The position numbers were made by a program, and so were the translations under genes. The notes below the pieces were generated by a model, which made no database searches, was not told where the DNA came from, and was given only the letters and a program-made list of their open reading frames with translations. A stretch of 40,077 bases of DNA from the IMG/VR virus record IMGVR_UViG_3300020045_006575, positions 1 through 40,077 of that record; one strand, written 5' to 3'. The DNA is from a virus (taxonomy: Duplodnaviria; Caudoviricetes). This document shows positions 38,301-40,077 of this stretch, piece after piece (the stretch's first letter is position 1; each line of letters opens with the position of its first letter).

Positions 38301-38838
38301 TGGCTCAGCGTGCGGGTCTGGGGGCGGTTCTACCTCAAAGTGGGCTACTACTACAGGTACCTACTTCGGCATTGTACCGAATGGGGGTAACTCCACAGCC
38401 CTCGGTATCGGCACAGCCACTCCTGCCTTTATGCTACAAGTTGGTTCGTCCACAGGAACTCTCTCTGGCCGCTCACAGTTAGTAATCTCTGAAACAAACG
38501 GTGGCGTTAATGCGAAACACTGGGGCTTTAGGAGTGCGGGTGGTTCATTGTTTATCGGTACAACAACTGATTCATTTGCCACCTCAACGTTGTCGGCTCT
38601 CGTACTCAATGGTTCTGGTGTGCCGAGTTTGACGATAGGCACTTCCACTCCGATGATTACTTTGAAAAACGGTAGTCTATCTCTTGGTGGCGGTGGTGAC
38701 TCTCAGGGTTTTTCCGGTAGTACGACTATCTCAATGGGCAAAATCCAAATCGACGGACTTAATAATACAGGTGCTCGGTCTTGTGCGTTTGTTGTCGGCA
38801 CTACATGGACAGTAGTTGCAGGGGCTTGTAATCCGTAA
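35344..38838 (+). CDS. Large signal-peptide fibre protein with beta-helix and VGIGT repeats
   Basis: MKKYILPAIIGFMFTATATYG; YSSIQTAI beta-helix start; GYVGIGTTSP repeats; Cys-pair linkers. Confidence 0.75.
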   Translation: MKKYILPAIIGFMFTATATYGASILTVPQGGTGAATLTGCLTGNGTGAITGTGSACGSSNTSKWATTTDATVITPNGGSTIGLIVNASSTFPQLNFKFATGTSATTSTLTVTNTASTSKFFADGLITCNSENMLTWAAGIFGCESDTSSAGGGAFAWTPTTYSSVNVNATSTGLWLKGTSPFSLIASSSLITNATSSSVDVTAAGQLTVQQWSISTTTTVCAYGCEYSSIQTAITAGRRDIVLKDETYAGPVSIVADDTRIRGAGMYSSLITCDAATNGLCVSIATTSELTRIRLEQFGIDNTNASLLGTGLDTSQTSNVYTDNIRITDFLLGHLHQDGSAQNAFYSTFNNMIYAGVGNCFKTASTTATVSGNLVNDNSMYKPRCALAATASTGIGYDIINSEGWTFYSPNAEPFDVVGTGFRVDGTSIGIAIISPWFESNATATEILAGALNTSITGAGRITANTIGVWNRGSHTILSGPLVSANTVNFDDSTFNSIYMTTDNDFPTAFIGVGTSTQALTDTRLTLAGSFSTALAPMMWINQNGAFASGYSGIGFGMQATGSSFPDGLGKIGCIPGTGFALTSCTWHVADAAGVSQERLRINQLGYVGIGTTSPYQKLSIGGGNLHVGGIITATSTATSTFTGGLNLLTNGLQVDTMAAGCAQWATGGFLGSTGSACGAGGGASPDWIKVVGNLLAITPSTTPMGVIVGASSTIDQLSARLSTTTSATTTNLFATLASTSRLFFNNASGTQQTLTSGFFQNGFTTGCTGNDSETVLYSAATGLFTCGTDSGSQTPWTAAIDGGGFALTNAGALTFTSFTATSTSATSSIRNALYVGSSTPTNNLMFAVGTMTPIISVDKNSGKVGFGTINTSPARYVFHSGTNANVNPNINFLVQDPTDARAGVSVGDDFIGLKSTGGLVGLFGFDYAAGLALNINMQEFGGNIGVASATPSFLLSVGSGNTGTFGISTSTDGCTQFTKGLLWITGSACGSGGGSTSKWATTTGTYFGIVPNGGNSTALGIGTATPAFMLQVGSSTGTLSGRSQLVISETNGGVNAKHWGFRSAGGSLFIGTTTDSFATSTLSALVLNGSGVPSLTIGTSTPMITLKNGSLSLGGGGDSQGFSGSTTISMGKIQIDGLNNTGARSCAFVVGTTWTVVAGACNP

Positions 38839-38844
38839 TGAATC

Positions 38845-40077
38845 GTGAAAAAAATACGTTTACCAGTATATCCACTACTCGGCGCACTCGTTCTTACGGG
38901 GGGGATCTATTACGGTGCGTTGGTAGAATCCGTCCCTGACGAAGAAAAGTTAGTTGTTCCAAAAGAGGATATTGTCGCTTCGAGAACAATAACTGACCTT
39001 ACGGACGAGGCGGGCAAACCGCTCCCCGACATTGTTGTCTATGAGTACAAGGATGAACCACTCCCTGCGCTCAAAGACGAGATACTTTCAGAGCGTACCG
39101 TGTGGCAGATGACGTTTGACTATGGAGATCACAAAACAGTAACGATTGACGCGGGAAATGGGAGAGTGCAAGACGAAATGGGCTGGTGGACGGTCGCGCA
39201 GGCTACCACCACCAAAGAGTCATACGACAAACAAACGGTCTCCATCCTTTCATTGTTCGGCCACAAGGCGACTGCCGAAGTTATTACCACCGGAGCTGGA
39301 TCAGGTAACCAAACGTGGAACGTGCCAAGTGACTGGAACAACGCAAGCAACTCTATTGAATGCATCGGTTCCGGCGGTCAAGGTGGGGACGGCGCGATAG
39401 CCACTGGCCCAGGAGGAGGTGGTGGCGGCGGGGAGTACCGCAAAGTCTCCAACCTCTCGCTGACACCTGGTGGCACAGCGACATATTCCATCGGGGCGTA
39501 TGCCTCGACATCTAATTCGATGCTCCAAGAGACATACTTCAATAGTACGGCTTCGAGCACCGCATCTCTATCTTGTGGCTTCGGGAAGAGTGGGGGTGAC
39601 GGCACTGGGATAGCCGGAGGCGCAGGATCAGGTGGCACTGGCGCGGCCGCTAACTTCGACGGTGGTGCAGGAGGCTCGGGAGGTACAGGGGCGGCAATCA
39701 CCTCTGGCGGGGGGGGTGGTGGTTCGGCTGGCCCTTCGGGTGCAGGGCAGATTGGAGGTAATGGTGCCGCTACTGACGGAGCCGGAGGTGGTGGTGGTTC
39801 GAATGGCGGTAGCTCTACTGCTGGCTCAAACAACAGCACAGACGACGGCGGTAACGGCGGACAAGGAACAGATGGAACTGGTCAAGGCCTCGGCGCAACA
39901 AACCCTGCTAATTCAACGGCGGGGACGGTTGGTGGCGGTGGGGGCGGTGGTAGGAATGAAACTGTCACTGCAGCGCGCAGAAACGGATCGGCTGGCGGCG
40001 TTGATACCGCTTTTACAACCCACGGTGCCGGCGGTGGCGGGGGGGGGGGTGGCGGTCAAAATTCTGTGGTGAATACT
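38845..40077 (+). CDS. N-terminally anchored glycine-rich-domain protein, 3' partial (not in ORF track)
   Basis: GTG start MKKIRLPVYPLLGALVLTGGIYYG; TWNVPSDW...IECIGSGG...GGGGGGEY; appears open to the window end. Confidence 0.75.
   Translation, partial: MKKIRLPVYPLLGALVLTGGIYYGALVESVPDEEKLVVPKEDIVASRTITDLTDEAGKPLPDIVVYEYKDEPLPALKDEILSERTVWQMTFDYGDHKTVTIDAGNGRVQDEMGWWTVAQATTTKESYDKQTVSILSLFGHKATAEVITTGAGSGNQTWNVPSDWNNASNSIECIGSGGQGGDGAIATGPGGGGGGGEYRKVSNLSLTPGGTATYSIGAYASTSNSMLQETYFNSTASSTASLSCGFGKSGGDGTGIAGGAGSGGTGAAANFDGGAGGSGGTGAAITSGGGGGGSAGPSGAGQIGGNGAATDGAGGGGGSNGGSSTAGSNNSTDDGGNGGQGTDGTGQGLGATNPANSTAGTVGGGGGGGRNETVTAARRNGSAGGVDTAFTTHGAGGGGGGGGGQNSVVNT

Noticed and set aside
10704-40072. 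Numerous antisense or out-of-frame ORFs of 60-200 aa within structural genes
   Set aside because: Shadows of low-complexity Gly/Thr/Gln-rich coding sequence with no independent signals

Overview
This window is most of a tailed-phage genome of podovirus-like (P22/SU10-type) architecture, in standard genetic code, and probably infects Patescibacteria/CPR (Parcubacteria-like). The host call is inferred from AT-rich leaders without Shine-Dalgarno (SD) sequences, TG-n-TATAAT promoters paired with DnaA-box-like motifs, and A-T/S-S-T-rich exported proteins. Gene order is: lysis genes (M23 peptidase, holin, SLT+CHAP) interrupted by an inverted GC-richer SD-led cassette; a leftward early operon; a divergent promoter region; a rightward early/replication operon (KGG peptide, NinG, NinB, HNH-AP2, initiator, DnaB-like helicase); terminases, portal, scaffold and capsid; adaptor, nozzle and tail spike; two ejection proteins; then a cluster of fibre/decoration proteins including a GH18-like enzyme. 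No integrase, clear repressor, tRNA, rRNA, CRISPR array or reverse transcriptase is visible. The most unusual signals are four. (1) Most promoters are followed by a structured RNA leader, including a 6S-like 128-nt rod and a terminator/antiterminator switch in front of the replication initiator. (2) Five morphogenesis-region proteins carry signal peptides or N-terminal membrane anchors, several with paired-Cys modules. (3) A zinc-finger micro-protein cassette uses strong SD signals that the rest of the phage lacks. (4) DnaA-box-like motifs sit at most promoters. All family assignments come from motif recognition by eye; no database search or folding program was run.
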